A program made the translations under genes and the position numbers. This document shows positions 13,783-27,013 of a DNA stretch of 64,000 nucleotides, one piece after another. Source of the stretch: Adineta vaga (Eukaryota; Animalia; Rotifera). How positions within the stretch are numbered: the stretch's first letter is position 1; each line of letters begins with the position of its first letter. The stretch spans positions 9,176,001 through 9,240,000 of the forward strand of contig CP075493.1 of NCBI GenBank assembly GCA_021613535.1. Reading direction: 5' to 3'. The notes below the pieces were generated by a model. That model ran no database searches. It was not told the origin of the DNA and saw only the letters and a list, made by a program, of their open reading frames with translations.

Positions 13783-16700
13783 TCATTCTCCTTCTTCTTC
13801 AAACCAAATCCGAGTTCGATTGAACAGAGTTTTCTATAGACAAGGAAAATGATTTCTTTTTATATTCACCAAAAAAGAATATCTACTTGTAATTTTTGTA
13901 GCTTTTGTTCTAGCAAATTAATTCGTAAATCTTTACGTTCGTTGCGTTCTTGTAATTCTGCAATTTGTTGTCGATAAGATTCTTCAACAGATCGCTAGAA
14001 AAAGAAAGAAATCAAAGAGACTTGTATCACTATTTTTATACCAGTTTATCATTAATCAATAATTCAATATCACCGATTAGATCATTCGAATAAGGACGTA
14101 ATGATTGAACTAGTGAAAAACTCGATGATGATGCTGTTGATGTAATCGGAATGACCAATGCTTGATTTTGATTATCACAGCTAGGATTTTGTATACTAGG
14201 AGGTGAATGTTTTAATTTCGATCTAAACTCTCTAAGATCATATACAGATTCGAGAATAAAGTACATTATTTTTACTTTGATGACAATCGTCGATTTGAAC
14301 GACAGATCGGTGTTTTGTCTGTTTCATTTTCATAAGTTATTTCTTTTTCATTCATCTCTTTTATAGGTGATAATGTTGGTTGCGTAGTTGCAGGTGGATT
14401 TGTTAGACATGACGCAATTGATGCTAATGTATTAAATGCACCTATCACTTGTTCTGCTGCTTCTTTCTTTGCTTTTTCAACACCAAGTCGATTTTGAGCA
14501 TATTCATATAGTTTTCGTTCAGCTTCGGGATAATCTCGACAACCTTCGAGAACATCTTCTTTCGAAAGAGAAAATAATTCTGAATAACCAACACTACGAA
14601 CATCAGCTGTTCGACGATTAGCACCATCGATATTTAGTATCCCAATTTCACCAAAAAAATCACCTGCTACCAAACGTGTAAGAACATCCTTTTTATCGCT
14701 AAAAAATATTTTCAAATTTTAAATGAATTTCAGAATTTCTTTTAAAATTCGATTTACTTGACAACTTCGAGAACACCATCAGCTATGATGAACATTTCAC
14801 GTGCAACTTCACCTTTGCGACAGATAATATCTCCAGGTGTAAAGATGTATGCACGCATTTTCAGAACAAGATCATGCAAAAACTCAGGTTGGCATTCATG
14901 AAAGATAGTGACCTGAAAAGAATAAAAACGAATTTTAATGCATTCTATCGGAAAAGTGATTATTTATTGTCATAATCAATCATGAAGAATTTTCTCAACA
15001 TTAAACTTCTATCATATAAGTACCTTCTTCAATGTTCCTAAATTCACATGTAACGCTAGTTCTGTTTTGAGTTTATCCGGTAAAAGTTTTATTGAATGAA
15101 CATCTCCAGCGCCTGACATTCGTCCACGTGACCATGAATAATCATACCAACGTTGCACTCGTCGTTGCATTTCAGGTGGTACATTATGTGTACGCATATA
15201 TTGTTTCGCACTATCCTATAGAAATAGTAATCAATGAAAATCGTTCGTTTCATATTCATTTTTTTATTCTAACTAGTAAACGTTCAAATTCTAATCGACT
15301 TGCATTTCGATTCGTAATCACATTGCCAACTTGTCCTAGAAGAAGATAAGAAATTAGTTTTTCGACATTTCAAAAAAAAACAATATCTACCTATAATGAT
15401 CGAATAAACAAATATTCCAATCATATAACCACTAATAGCGAAAACAGCCCTCAAAAATAAAATGAATAATAGGATGTGCATCTGTGTATTTTACTCGTTA
15501 AAGACAAGTTTGAAATGATTTCTCAATCTGATATGAATTCTTGCTTACCCACGATAATAGCTATGACGAAAACGGCGAACAAATGAACGCTTATTAGAAA
15601 AGCGTAACTAAAATAATGAAAAGTATAGTTTCAAATAAAAAAAGCAAACGATTACAAAACATTGATTAATATACAATGAAGCATTAATATTTACCGTCTG
15701 TTCGAAAAATTTTTGAGCCATCTAACTTTGACGAATAGAAAGAAAAACAAAACCGAAGAGAGAGAAATAGAAATTAGAAAAACTCGAGCTCTTTCGTACT
15801 TTCTAGAAATTCGAAATAATTCAGAATAAAGAAATCTACTCACTGCCAATTCGTTTCCGGTGGTGGTAAATCTCCGATAGTCGTTAATGTTAATGTTGAC
15901 CAATAGAGACAACGAAGATACATTCTTGCTATTTGAGAAAAATTTCCCACTGGTTTAGGATAAGACCAAAATCCAACAAAACCTTCGGCTTTTGATACCA
16001 TAAAATAAAATGCTGCTAGCCAATGACCCAAAAGTAGAAGTATATGAAGAAGATTTAGTACACGATAAGTATTTGGATAAATAGTCCGTGATTCTTGATA
16101 ATAATACAATTGAAATGTTCGATAGAGTTTAAAAAAACGTGGAAAACGAAGAATTGGTATAGTACCAAATTTAATTTGTAATAAATCTAATGGTGTTAAA
16201 GATAAAATATCCAAAAGAAAATGAGATGAACGAATATAATTCATAGCAAGTTTGGTATTATCATAAACAAGTAAACCTAAAATAGTTTTATTTCTTATTT
16301 CGATTTCAAAATAAATCATGTTAAGATATTTTCTACTAATAGTTCTTTAATAAAATTATTAGTCGAAATACTGGAACGGATTAAACAATATCCTGTTTTT
16401 TTTTTCGGTAGATCATAGCAAAAATATGATTAGATCGTCTCTTGAATTCAGTTATATTTCTCATGATTGAAATAGTCAGTTAATTCTCGTTGTCTCTCTA
16501 TCTTTTTCTTACCTTGTTCGAGATAACCGGTACGAAATTGAATAAAAATATCGAGAAAATACATCGAATCTGCGATATAATCAATAATTTCCCAGATTTG
16601 CTCATAATCAGTTTGTAATGGTTCAAATGCTTGTCGGGCAATTGAAAACCATAAATTATACAAAACAAAAATATTCAATAGGATTAACCAATAGAATAAA

Positions 16701-17691
16701 AAGGATTCATCGGTTGATATGACAAAATAATTACATGAACGAAAGATTCGTTGTAAAAATTCATAACGTGTTTGAATTGGTTCATCTTTTTCACTATTTA
16801 ATCGAAGATTTTGTTTAATAGGATCTTTAAAGAAAACAAATATTTACAATGAAGTTTTCTATGTAGTCTACCTTTAGTTCCCATTCCTCGATAACCATAA
16901 CGATTGGAGAATCTTTGTAAAAATGAATCTTCTCGTGTTAATCCTTTCGTTGATTTACTGATCAGATTTAGCTTTCGATGCGGATGCTAACAGATTGATA
17001 AAGAAAAAAGAGTAACATTTGAATTAAGCAAATAAAACAAGAAGTAAATTTTTCTAAATATAATCACCATGTATTTGATGTGATTGCATTCAATCAAATC
17101 TTGTTTTTTACAAAAATCTAGCTAGCGTAGCATATTTCTTCATTTGAACAATTTTTTTTCGCCTCTTATTCTATCTCTATTTGAAGTATAAGTAAATAAT
17201 GGCAAACAAATGTTGATAATTTTTTTCGAAATTCTCCATCATACTCAATTAGATGAAGAGCAACGAGCGTGATGTGAAGATGATGAAGAAGAGGAAACAA
17301 TAGAATTTTCTTCCTCATTCTATCAAATTCATTTCTATGAGTTTGATTAACGACATAAGACTCATTCATTTACTGACGGACGAAATCATTCGAAAGAACA
17401 TTTATGTTTTAGTTCGGCAATGAAATCTTATTACTAGAAAACTATACTCACATCATCAATTGATGATGAAGTTGGTAATTGATTAGCAACGAGAGATGAT
17501 CGACGCAGGTAATCACTTGTTGTTAATGTTTCACTTGCATTTGATTGACGATGTTGAGATAAATGTTGTGGATATGGTGATGAACAAGCACCTTCTTTAT
17601 TAAGTAAGTCATTTAAAACAGGTGTTATAGCAGCCAATGGCATTTCAATTGCTATTAGAGGATCATAACTAGAATAATCAATGACAGGCAA
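13783..17691 (-). CDS. CNGL: Cyclic nucleotide-gated channel subunit, CNGL-like; alternative S6 exons; exact start uncertain (ATG at 17643 possible)
   Basis: Pore YWSTLTLTTIGDLPPP; C-linker GQVGNVITNRNASRLEFERLLD...RWYDYSWSRGR...LPDKLKTELALHVNL; binding domain GDFFGEIGILN...RRTADVRSVGYSELF; C-terminal coiled coil. Confidence 0.93.
15391..15449 (-). other. Alternative S6 exon B (59 nt), AVFAISGYMIGIFVYSIIIG
   Basis: Flanked by AG (15451-15450) and GT (15390-15389); phase fits both flanking constitutive exons. Confidence 0.85.
15549..15607 (-). other. Alternative S6 exon A (59 nt), YAFLISVHLFAVFVIAIIVG
   Basis: Acceptor ttttag and donor gtaagc; same length and phase as exon B; hydrophobic and homologous to S6. 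Confidence 0.8.
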
Positions 17692-18797
17692 TAAAAATAC
17701 ATCGATTCTCTTCTATATATATATATAGATGACAGTCATCGATGTCATTTCTGATTTAAAAATAACATTTTACGAATGACAGCAGAAATCCAATTAGATA
17801 TTGTTTCACTCAATTATCTTACGAAGAAACGACAAAGTTCCTTTTCGCTCAATTCTCGTCACACAAATATAAACATTAAGATCACTCTAAGGAAATATAA
17901 ATTACTTTCAATTTTTTTTCTATACAAGATAAGTAAAAAAATGACAATTCTCCTATGAATTACTGATATGATTTGAAAAATCTTACCTACAACAGGACAA
18001 CGTAGATGAATAAATCTGTTGATATTTTCTCGAATCGCCTGACGAGATTGCTTTCTCTTTATATAATAAATTAATTTTATGCTCGATATCTCTTCTTTCT
18101 CTTTCTCTCTCTCTCTCTCTCTATCTGTTTTTTCCGTACTACTTCTCTGTCAAGTAATTTTATTCAATCTAAGAGAGCGAAAGAAGATATAGACTATAAA
18201 CTTGTTTAGATGAGACATGCCTGCCTTTTCGACGCATAAATGAACAGAACATTGTGTGACACAAGAAGAAGAAGAAAAAACTAAAGAAGTTTTCTCATAC
18301 TAGATCATATTAACTTCTTTCCTTGAATATATTTTCTCTCTCAGAGAATTTTCATTTGTAGACAATGACAGTTCATCGATTTCTCTCTAACATTGTTATC
18401 CAGACTGATCTAATATCTGAGTCGAAATAAAAAAAATGTTAAACAGAACGAAGGAACGAACCAAACGGAAATTGTCTAGTTAGTCATATATATATATATA
18501 TGAATTATAACAAGCAACAAACCTAATTCAAATTAGAATGTGCATGTAAGTCGATTGAACCGAAGCAATGCCATTTTACATCAAGATTCGCCTAAATAAC
18601 TATGAAATAGTGCAGAAAGAATAGAAAAAAAGCTGTGCATAATCTTTTTCTTTCTAAGAGACATTTAATGAAAGTATAGATATATATTCAGTATAGAATA
18701 ATTCATTATATTTATTAAAAATGAAAGAGTTTCCAATCGAATAAAGTATAGAATAGTTTATTATCCTTGTTGAGAAAGCAAAAAAATACAATAGGTA

Positions 18798-19199
18798 TTA
18801 GATATCACCGACACGTGGACGTAATAACGATTGAGAAACACAAATGCGATAACGTCCTTGAGGTGTTTGACGAATAACTACACGAACTGGACTTGATTCA
18901 TGACTAGTGTCACTAATTGTTGATGTTGTTGAAGAACGCTAAAGTTTAAAGTAAGAAATTAGAGAAGAAAAAAGGCTAGTAAATTATCATTTTCTTACTG
19001 AACTCGTTGGCGTTAATAAAGGTTTGATATCGATATTAAGAAAATTAGTTTCTGATTTGAAGGATTTCTCTGATGATGATGATGTTGTTGAAATTAATGA
19101 ATTTTGTCGTTGATATACCGTGTCAGAGACTTTGTCGTTAGTACTACTATTAATATCACATGGTTTTAGTCCATATAAAAGTACTTTACATACAGTCAT
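18798..19199 (-). CDS. Small two-exon Ser/Thr-rich orphan protein (about 115 aa)
   Basis: MTVCKVLLYG...TPTSS|gtaag...ttag|RSSTTST...SPVRVVIRQTPQGRYRICVSQSLLRPRVGDI*; phase-0 splice keeps the frame open. Confidence 0.55.
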
Positions 19200-21315
19200 C
19201 TCGAACTCTAAAAAAGAAAAGAATAACACTATTTCTTGAATTCATTCGTTCAATAAATCAATAGTTAAACGACTAATCAAACAGAATTTTTTATACTTAT
19301 GATATACAAAAAGAATACGACCTTGTCTGCACTTGTTCTCTAGTGTGTAAAGAGAAAGGGAAGGAGAAGAATGACAAGGGAGAAAAAGCGTTTTATTCAA
19401 TGTTGGGAAAGCAACAGCTTGTTTTAACTATGATGCTGGTGATGATCATGATCAACAATAAAAAAAAATGAAAAGAAGAAAAAACCGACTGTATATTTAT
19501 TCTAAGACTTGATTGAAAGGAGAAGAAAAAGAAAAGAAAGAGAAGAAAAGGGAATAGTGATTTGTTCAATTTACTTCAAAAAAAAGAAAAGAATGAATGA
19601 AAGAAGTAAATTTAAAGCAATTTATGTCATAACAAGAGAACAGTTGTACAATGAAAAAGAAATTTGCTTCATTTAGTTTAACAAATCTCGTATACACGCG
19701 AGGAACATATGTTGTTAGTATGAAATTTAATTGAACAAACTATACTCTTCTCAGACACATTCGTTCAAGGTTCGTCTTTTCTTCTTCTCTCTCTCTCTCT
19801 TAATTTATGCACTGTCATTTACATTGAAAAGTTAAATGCATTTGAAAGCAAGTTATTACTTGTCAATAAAACATGATTGATCATCTTATTGGTATAGGTA
19901 TAAGTAATATAAAACTAAGAAATGTCCGAAGAAAAAGAAAAGATCAGTATTGATGAAAAACAACGAGACACATTATTTTGTCCATATTTGAATTTATACT
20001 TCATTTATTTGTCGTAGTATCGATGTATGTTAATATGTATTTATGTCTATGTGCGTGCGTATGGATTTGATCATTTACATCGTTTATAATGTGAAGGTAT
20101 AGACGAAAATAAAAATCGAAAAGAATATTGCCTTTGTTTGCTTGTTATCATCTCGATCATTTCTAATAAAGTTTATTCGATATCCAAACACATCATGATC
20201 ATTTACGTGTTAAGATTAAACACGTAAACAATTTTCTGTAGAAATACGATCATAGAATCATTAATATTCATAAAGAAAACTTTTTTCCATTAGATTTAAT
20301 TAATCAAATAGTATATACATTATTTAAATCGATCAAATACAAACCTTGATGAAAACATGTCGACAACAAACTGATTTCGTTTTGGTAATTAGTATTAGTT
20401 CTAACTTCTTATTCTATTCAAGGTTATCAGACAAGTAACTTAACCTTCATTGGATTGAATCATTGAAATTTTTTTTTTGTGACGAATATTTTAAGTTAAG
20501 TGTCAAACGAAAGAAAATGTCAAAGTAAATTTTGAGTTTGAAAAAAGAAATCACTCAGACAAATAAAAACAAAATAGTTCAATGAAGATGTTTTATTTAA
20601 CATGACTTTACATAGTGACTAAAATCCTTGAATATGATTTACATTTGTTTGAAGATAACATTTAGAAAGTTTTACGTGTTCTTTCATAACACATAATCAT
20701 AACATTCATATATTCATCATTTAGATAATTGCCATAATAGTTTTATCTTTTCATGGTTGTCAAATGCATTTACAATTTAAGTCTGTCCGTTGTTCATAAA
20801 AAGTAAATGTGATTACTTTTGCACGTTGACTCGGAAGTAATTTATAATAATGATTCATCACTGAATGTACATATATATATATATTAATGAAAATATTTCA
20901 CCTGTTCTCATCGCCAGTGAAAAATCATGAATCTATTACTCATCCATCCATGACAAAAATAGCTTTACACTAAAAATTGATTCTAACTTTATAATTAAAA
21001 TCGTTTGAAATTCGAAAAGTTTAATCTTGATGTTTAGAGGTTTTCAATGAGTCTAGATAAACTCTTTGGTCTATGTACTTACTAACAGATGTTGTTTTAA
21101 TTACATACAGTATCTTTGATTATTTTCTTGTTTTTACGATACATTGAATCCTGTTTTTTTCTCTTTCTCATTAATGAGAAAAATGAGGAAGAGATAATAA
21201 TCATGACCCGGTGAAAAAAATAGAGTACGCATACATTTGTCTATTTCATCTGTAGTTTTTACTCTTTTTCGGGTGCATTTTAAATAACATAATCGATTTT
21301 TAGCTATTATCAACC

Positions 21316-22116
21316 ATGTTGTCTGCTATCGCTTCTCCCATTCCATCGAACAACCGTCGTGGTTTACATCGATTTTATCATACAGGAGGAGTCGATCTTC
21401 GCATGGGTCGACCTAATCAAGAGTATATTAACAGATATACCTTTCGTTTACAAGGTTTTATTCTTGGTGTCTTAATCATCTTCTTTACTTCTGCTTTATT
21501 TTCCACTGAACTTGGCCGTGTTTATACTGGCTCAATTAATCGTGGAAAAAATGATTCCAATGGTACATTTCAATATTTAATTAATCATGATGTTATAGTC
21601 GGTTTTAATGGACATCTTTTAAATCCTAAAGTTGAAAATCGATGGATATGGCCATGGTCAACAGCAACATTATTATTCAGTTTAATCTTATTTACAACTG
21701 GTGCATTGGGTATTCTTAGTGCTGTTCGACAAAGTTATACAACAATTTTAATTTTCGTTATTGGTTTAATCTTATCAATATGTCTAGTTATATTTTTAAT
21801 CATAACCTATGCAACAATATTAGCAGGTTGGAAAGAACTTTATGGAACAGATCGTGATGCAATGCCAAGTTTTGTACGAATTGATAAAGATTTTTCTAGT
21901 GGTTGTCTAGCTATTTCATGTGCATCCGTCGTTCTTCTATTCATAAGTCTCATTATATCTAGTAGAAAGATTCAATTATGTACAGAAAAAAATTATCCTA
22001 TACCAATTCGTGGTTATGAACGTTTACCAATCAATACACCACGATCACATCCAAGAACACCACAATCGCCAAGAACACCTCGTATGGGTGCTTTTAGGGG
22101 ACTGGATGTATCCTAA
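21316..22116 (+). CDS. Intronless four-transmembrane protein (tetraspan / MS4A-like topology)
   Basis: 266-aa ORF with four hydrophobic segments, a C-terminal TPR/SPR phospho-motif tail, and AATAAA after the stop. Confidence 0.75.
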   Translation: MLSAIASPIPSNNRRGLHRFYHTGGVDLRMGRPNQEYINRYTFRLQGFILGVLIIFFTSALFSTELGRVYTGSINRGKNDSNGTFQYLINHDVIVGFNGHLLNPKVENRWIWPWSTATLLFSLILFTTGALGILSAVRQSYTTILIFVIGLILSICLVIFLIITYATILAGWKELYGTDRDAMPSFVRIDKDFSSGCLAISCASVVLLFISLIISSRKIQLCTEKNYPIPIRGYERLPINTPRSHPRTPQSPRTPRMGAFRGLDVS

Positions 22117-22314
22117 ATAATGGAGCATACTGACACCATGTAATATCTTTTTTGTTTATTTGTAGTTAATAAAGCTGATTTAATTTCTTGTTAATACTGA
22201 CATTTGTTACAAAAGCTCTTATATCATGGGCAAAAATAAAATCTCTCCCTCTCTCTCTCCCTCGAAGCCTATTGAAAATAAGCGCGTATCGAAAATCGAA
22301 TTATTTCTCATTTT

Positions 22315-22938
22315 ATGACATTAACTGATGAAGATCGAAATCGATGTAATGAATGTTTACAAAAACTCTACGAAACAAAATCGATGTGTTTACAGTCTAT
22401 TCAGTATTTGATTGTTCAACAAACTGAAATTGATGAATGTATTTCAGATTTAAAAACAACCAAATCACATGCACAAGAAATTAATAAAAAAGTTTCCGAA
22501 TTAAATGATATTTCTTGGTTAAAATTATTTTGTTTCAGAACGAAAATATTTCCATTAGAAACCAATCTTAATGATGAAAATCATCTCCTTATTTTACCAT
22601 TTTCACATGAACCATCGAATATCAATGGTGTGAATGAATTAGAAAATGATTTAGAATTTAAAGAATTATTTCAATCAATGAAATCATTTTCGTCAAAAGA
22701 ATTTTCAACAAAAGATCAATTTGAAAACATTTTATATGAAGAATACACTATGCTTTTTGAATTAGCAAAGAAATTAACTAAATGTATACAAATTCTTCAT
22801 GATACTATTGAATTTCTTGGAACAGATATCAAATCTACATTAGAACATATACAATTAGCTCAACCACGAATGCGACAATTATTACAAAGTAAAGCACCAA
22901 TCGCTTTTGCTCAAGTACAAAAAGATTTAATGATTTAA
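22315..22938 (+). CDS. Hypothetical helical / coiled-coil protein (may contain a short in-frame intron)
   Basis: 207-aa open frame in very AT-rich DNA with amphipathic helical character. Confidence 0.55.
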   Translation: MTLTDEDRNRCNECLQKLYETKSMCLQSIQYLIVQQTEIDECISDLKTTKSHAQEINKKVSELNDISWLKLFCFRTKIFPLETNLNDENHLLILPFSHEPSNINGVNELENDLEFKELFQSMKSFSSKEFSTKDQFENILYEEYTMLFELAKKLTKCIQILHDTIEFLGTDIKSTLEHIQLAQPRMRQLLQSKAPIAFAQVQKDLMI

Positions 22939-22963
22939 GACAAGAAATTCTATCTTTATTTTA

Positions 22964-25005
22964 TCAATGCATATCAATTAAATTATGATGTTGTGTTGTT
23001 GATAACTGTACAACATCACGTATGTTCAGATTTTCCGTCTTGGTTGTAAATTGTACAGCAGTACGTGTTGTTAATCGATATTGTTGAATATCATCCGATT
23101 CAGTTTCTATTTTACTATTTTCATTTTCCAATTTTGTTACAGATTTCATTCGATAACGTTTTATAAAATGATATAATAATATACTAATCACTACTATCGA
23201 GCCATTAACAACACCAATGGCAATACTAATTGGAAATGAAGGTGTTAGGGCGATAGTTTTAATCGTTGTAATAAGCTCAGTTGTAGTACTAAAGTCAATC
23301 GTTGACTGTTTTGTACTCGTTGTTGGAGGAAGAGTTGATGGTATTGTTCGAATTGTTGGAATCTAAAATTCATATTATTATAAATAATATCGAAGAAAAA
23401 AGAATAAAATAATTTTACTGTTCGATTTAGTATAGTAACTGTTGCCGTAGTTATTGTTGTGCTTGTTGTTGAAGTTGTACTAGGTTCTAGTATTGTATAA
23501 AATGTCCAAAAACTACTATCTGTTATGCCCATCGAGTCACGTAAACAAGTTGCAATGGGTAGAAACACGCCTGCATCAAGTGAAATATAAAAATTTTGAT
23601 TTGTACTAAAAACAATATCCGATATGATTTCTAAACGATCTGAATGATAAATAACATTATTCGGTTGTTTAAGTACGTTATAAGTAACAAAATCTACGTT
23701 TGTTGATGCTATTTTAAAACGAATAAAAGCATTAGTATTAGGTCGACTGAACGTTATCCCAGGTGGATATAGTAATACCCAATTAGATTGATATTTTGAT
23801 ACTAGACCAGTAGGAAAATGAGTTGCATTATTAATGTAAAGTGTATTACGACTATCGGAAACTAATTGAACAGTAAAACGAAGACATGTTGAATCACCTT
23901 GATTACCAATTGAATCCACTCCTGCAAAACAAAATAAGTTTTGTCCAACTTGATTGGCAGTTGCTGAATAAAAAACTTTAAAATTGTACAAAGTTGGATC
24001 GTATGGATCAGTGAATGTAGCTGATTGAGTAAAACCATTTGGATAGACGGCAATAATATTTGCTAATGTTGCATTGGGACATTGAATACGAATTCGAATC
24101 ACCAATGTCATGACTTCACCAGGTTCAACAAAAATACATTGATCAGCAGGTGCATCTCCAATATATAGCGGTGGTGAAGAACATGTGATATTCGTATTCC
24201 AAACATTAAAAACAAATTGAATAGGAACACGTGAAAGTGGCACAGTACTCGTATCATTTTCATAATCAAGTACTGTGAATGCTACGGCATAGAAACCTAC
24301 TGTAGCAGGAGTAAATCGTAGAACACAACTTGTTTCATTGAGATATGTTGAAGCAGGTAAACTTAGTAATGATCGACATATTCCACCGCATTCTTCAGTT
24401 GTATTTGCCCAAATACATGTATAACGATCAAAATCGTTATCAGCAACATTTATTTTGATATTATATGTAAGAGAACGACGAAGTCGAATGATTGGCAACA
24501 TGGTTACTATTGGGGCTTGATTGTATCGGCCATTGGATCTGAGAAAAGTATTAATTTCGACTGCAATTGACCAAGCACCACCGCCAGTAACCAAAGCAAA
24601 CCAATCATTACCAGTAAATATTGCTCGAAAACGATAATTTGGTGATACTTGAAATGTAAATCGTCCCTCACCATTAACATATTGTTCAATTTGATTGTAT
24701 CCAGTACATGGAACTGTTACTGCACTCAAGGTACTAACATTCGGTGGACATGATGACATACACTTCAAATTTCCCGAACCAATCATATAATTTCCAGCAA
24801 TTATCTGTGGATTCGTACATGGCCACCATGCATAATTCCAAGCATGACGTTGTAATACTTCAATCCGAAGTGGATTTGTCGTTGAATTGATCACACGCCA
24901 TGTTACCATCGATCCACGAAAATGAGCATTGAACACCGAAGTTATCTGTACCAAGAATATCAAAAAGTAGAAAGTGTGCCTGATTTGACCTTCCATTTCT
25001 TCCAT
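22964..25005 (-). CDS. Type I membrane glycoprotein: signal peptide, HFRG-type Cys-rich ectodomain with Ig/cadherin-like repeats, Thr-rich stalk, TM helix
   Basis: Signal ...VFNA then HFRGSMVTWR; NQAPIVTMLP; INVADNDFDRYTCIWA; an intron at about 23363-23416 joins the Thr-rich stalk to the TM segment ISIAIGVVNGSIVVISILLYHFIKRYR. Confidence 0.8.
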
Positions 25006-25463
25006 CTAATTCAAAATTATTTTTTTTCTTGATTGAGAAGTACGAATAATTGTAAAAACTCTTCTCTACACATTATAACAATGAAATATGTATGAAAAAT
25101 TAGTTCTACGATTTCGATCCTCGTGTCGAGAAACGAGTAACACGCGATACATATTTGCAAATCATCGAGTTCTTGTTTTTTATTTTCTTTCATTTCAAGA
25201 GCGATACCAAAAGAATGTCATTATACGATCAAACTTCGCAATGTAATTTGCATAGAAAATGAAGAAATATTTACTTTGTACTTTTATGAAAATCATTGTT
25301 TTATTTACATGAAAAGAATATTCCATACATACGTTGATGGAATGTTAGTTCATAGAAAGATAGAACAGAAAAAGTAATAAAATACGTAGAAGACAAAACT
25401 TTTGCACATTCAATCATGTGAAGCGACAATGAGTTATAAAGCTAAGCTGCTAAAAATGAGTCT

Positions 25464-26659
25464 TTATTCTTCCTTCACCGGCTGTTTTCTCTCTACATGA
25501 AATAAACGAATACCTTCCGTATAGAATAGTTCATTGTCCACATCCTTATATGAGATTATAAATGGTAATTGTTTAATTTTGACATATCGTTCGTTATTAA
25601 TTGTATGTTCATCATTTATTTGTTTAATAATAATTGTTAATGCTGCTTCAATTATTGCTGGTGACAATAAACTGGTTTTCATTTGTGTATCTTTGAACTG
25701 AGCTGCAATAATATTGGTTTTCGCATTATGCCTGATTCTAGATAAAAATTCATCATTCTCTAAATAATTTTCTAAGACTCGTGCTACATCATTGAGAATT
25801 TCATCAGTTATCTGTAATTCTGTTTGTTTATTTGGTAATCGATCAAATTCAGCTTCATCGAAACCGAGTGTACCATTTGCAGTGTTCTGTGCTATTGTGT
25901 TTTTGTAGATGAAACGTGAAATATATTTTAGATTCTCAGCAGAATTTTGCTCTACTCTATCGACAGTTAAGATCGGTTGCCTAACATCGGTCGCTCGTTG
26001 TCTATTAAAGAAAAACGTAGTTTTGATTAGGTTCTGATTGACATGCCATGATGATTTAATATTGAACGATCTTTTGAACATTTCACTTACCTACAATATT
26101 CAAGCAGATCAACAATTTCTAGAAACTCATGTTCGTTGAATGCATTGGTACCACGTGCTCGTTCGATGGCTTTCGTCAGATACAGTTCAGCTGTTGTCCA
26201 ATCTTTTTGGAACATGTAACTACCTGCCAAATTCAAGTAAATCGAGATGATATTTTTATGATGTGTTGGTGTATGTTTTATAACAATGAATAATACTAGT
26301 TGACGTGCTTTAATTGATAATTCACATTCATTACATTCAAAAAGAAGCGTTGACAATGTATTATACAGTTCATAAAAGATATAGTGATCTTCGCAATCGG
26401 GTAAGAGTATTTTTAAACTTTCTATTGCTTGATATTCACTTACCAAAGCAAGTCTATATTGTTCTAAGTTCATAAAACAAATCGCTGTTAAATGAACATT
26501 ATAGGCTTCAAGAAATGATCGTGCTGGTAGACTTTTTATTTCTTGTTGACAATGAAGGGGTAGTTCAGAAACAATAGTTTGATAAGCTACTTTTTCCAGT
26601 GGACTGAGAGTTGACAATGAAGGCTCTACTACATTTGAAGAACTTTCACAACAACCCAT
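25464..26659 (-). CDS. TPR-like protein with lipidation-type N-terminus (MGCCESS) and an unassigned C-terminal domain; paralog 1
   Basis: Two exons (donor gtaagt near 26089, acceptor near 26002). TPR-like helices YLNLAGSYMFQKDWTTAELYLTKAIE; homologous to 27014-28151. Confidence 0.75.
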
Positions 26660-27013
26660 TGTAGATCGATACAATACTTGTTGTTATATGCGACGATGGG
26701 ATAAAAATCTGTAAAATGTTTTTTTTTATGTTTGAGAACAAGAAAACTGTCAATATCAATGTTTTCATTTGATAGGTAATCCAAGAGAAAAACTAATAAA
26801 TGCCAAGTTTAGAAGAAAAGTCACGTTCATATTCTGAATCAAACTGATTAAATCTATATAGAAATCATGTTAACGGTGACATACATACATATTTTCTAGA
26901 AACATCCGCAATGATTAATTATAAGTTGGCTGACAAAGAATATAAATGCTGTATTGATTGTTTTATATTTATTACAAAAATAAGAAATACTAATAAATGT
27001 TGATGAGAACAAA

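Noticed and set aside
23265-23276. 12-nt match (GCTTATTACAAC, minus strand) to the rotifer spliced-leader sequence as I recall it
   Set aside because: It lies inside a coding exon, with no following donor or Sm site; most likely chance.
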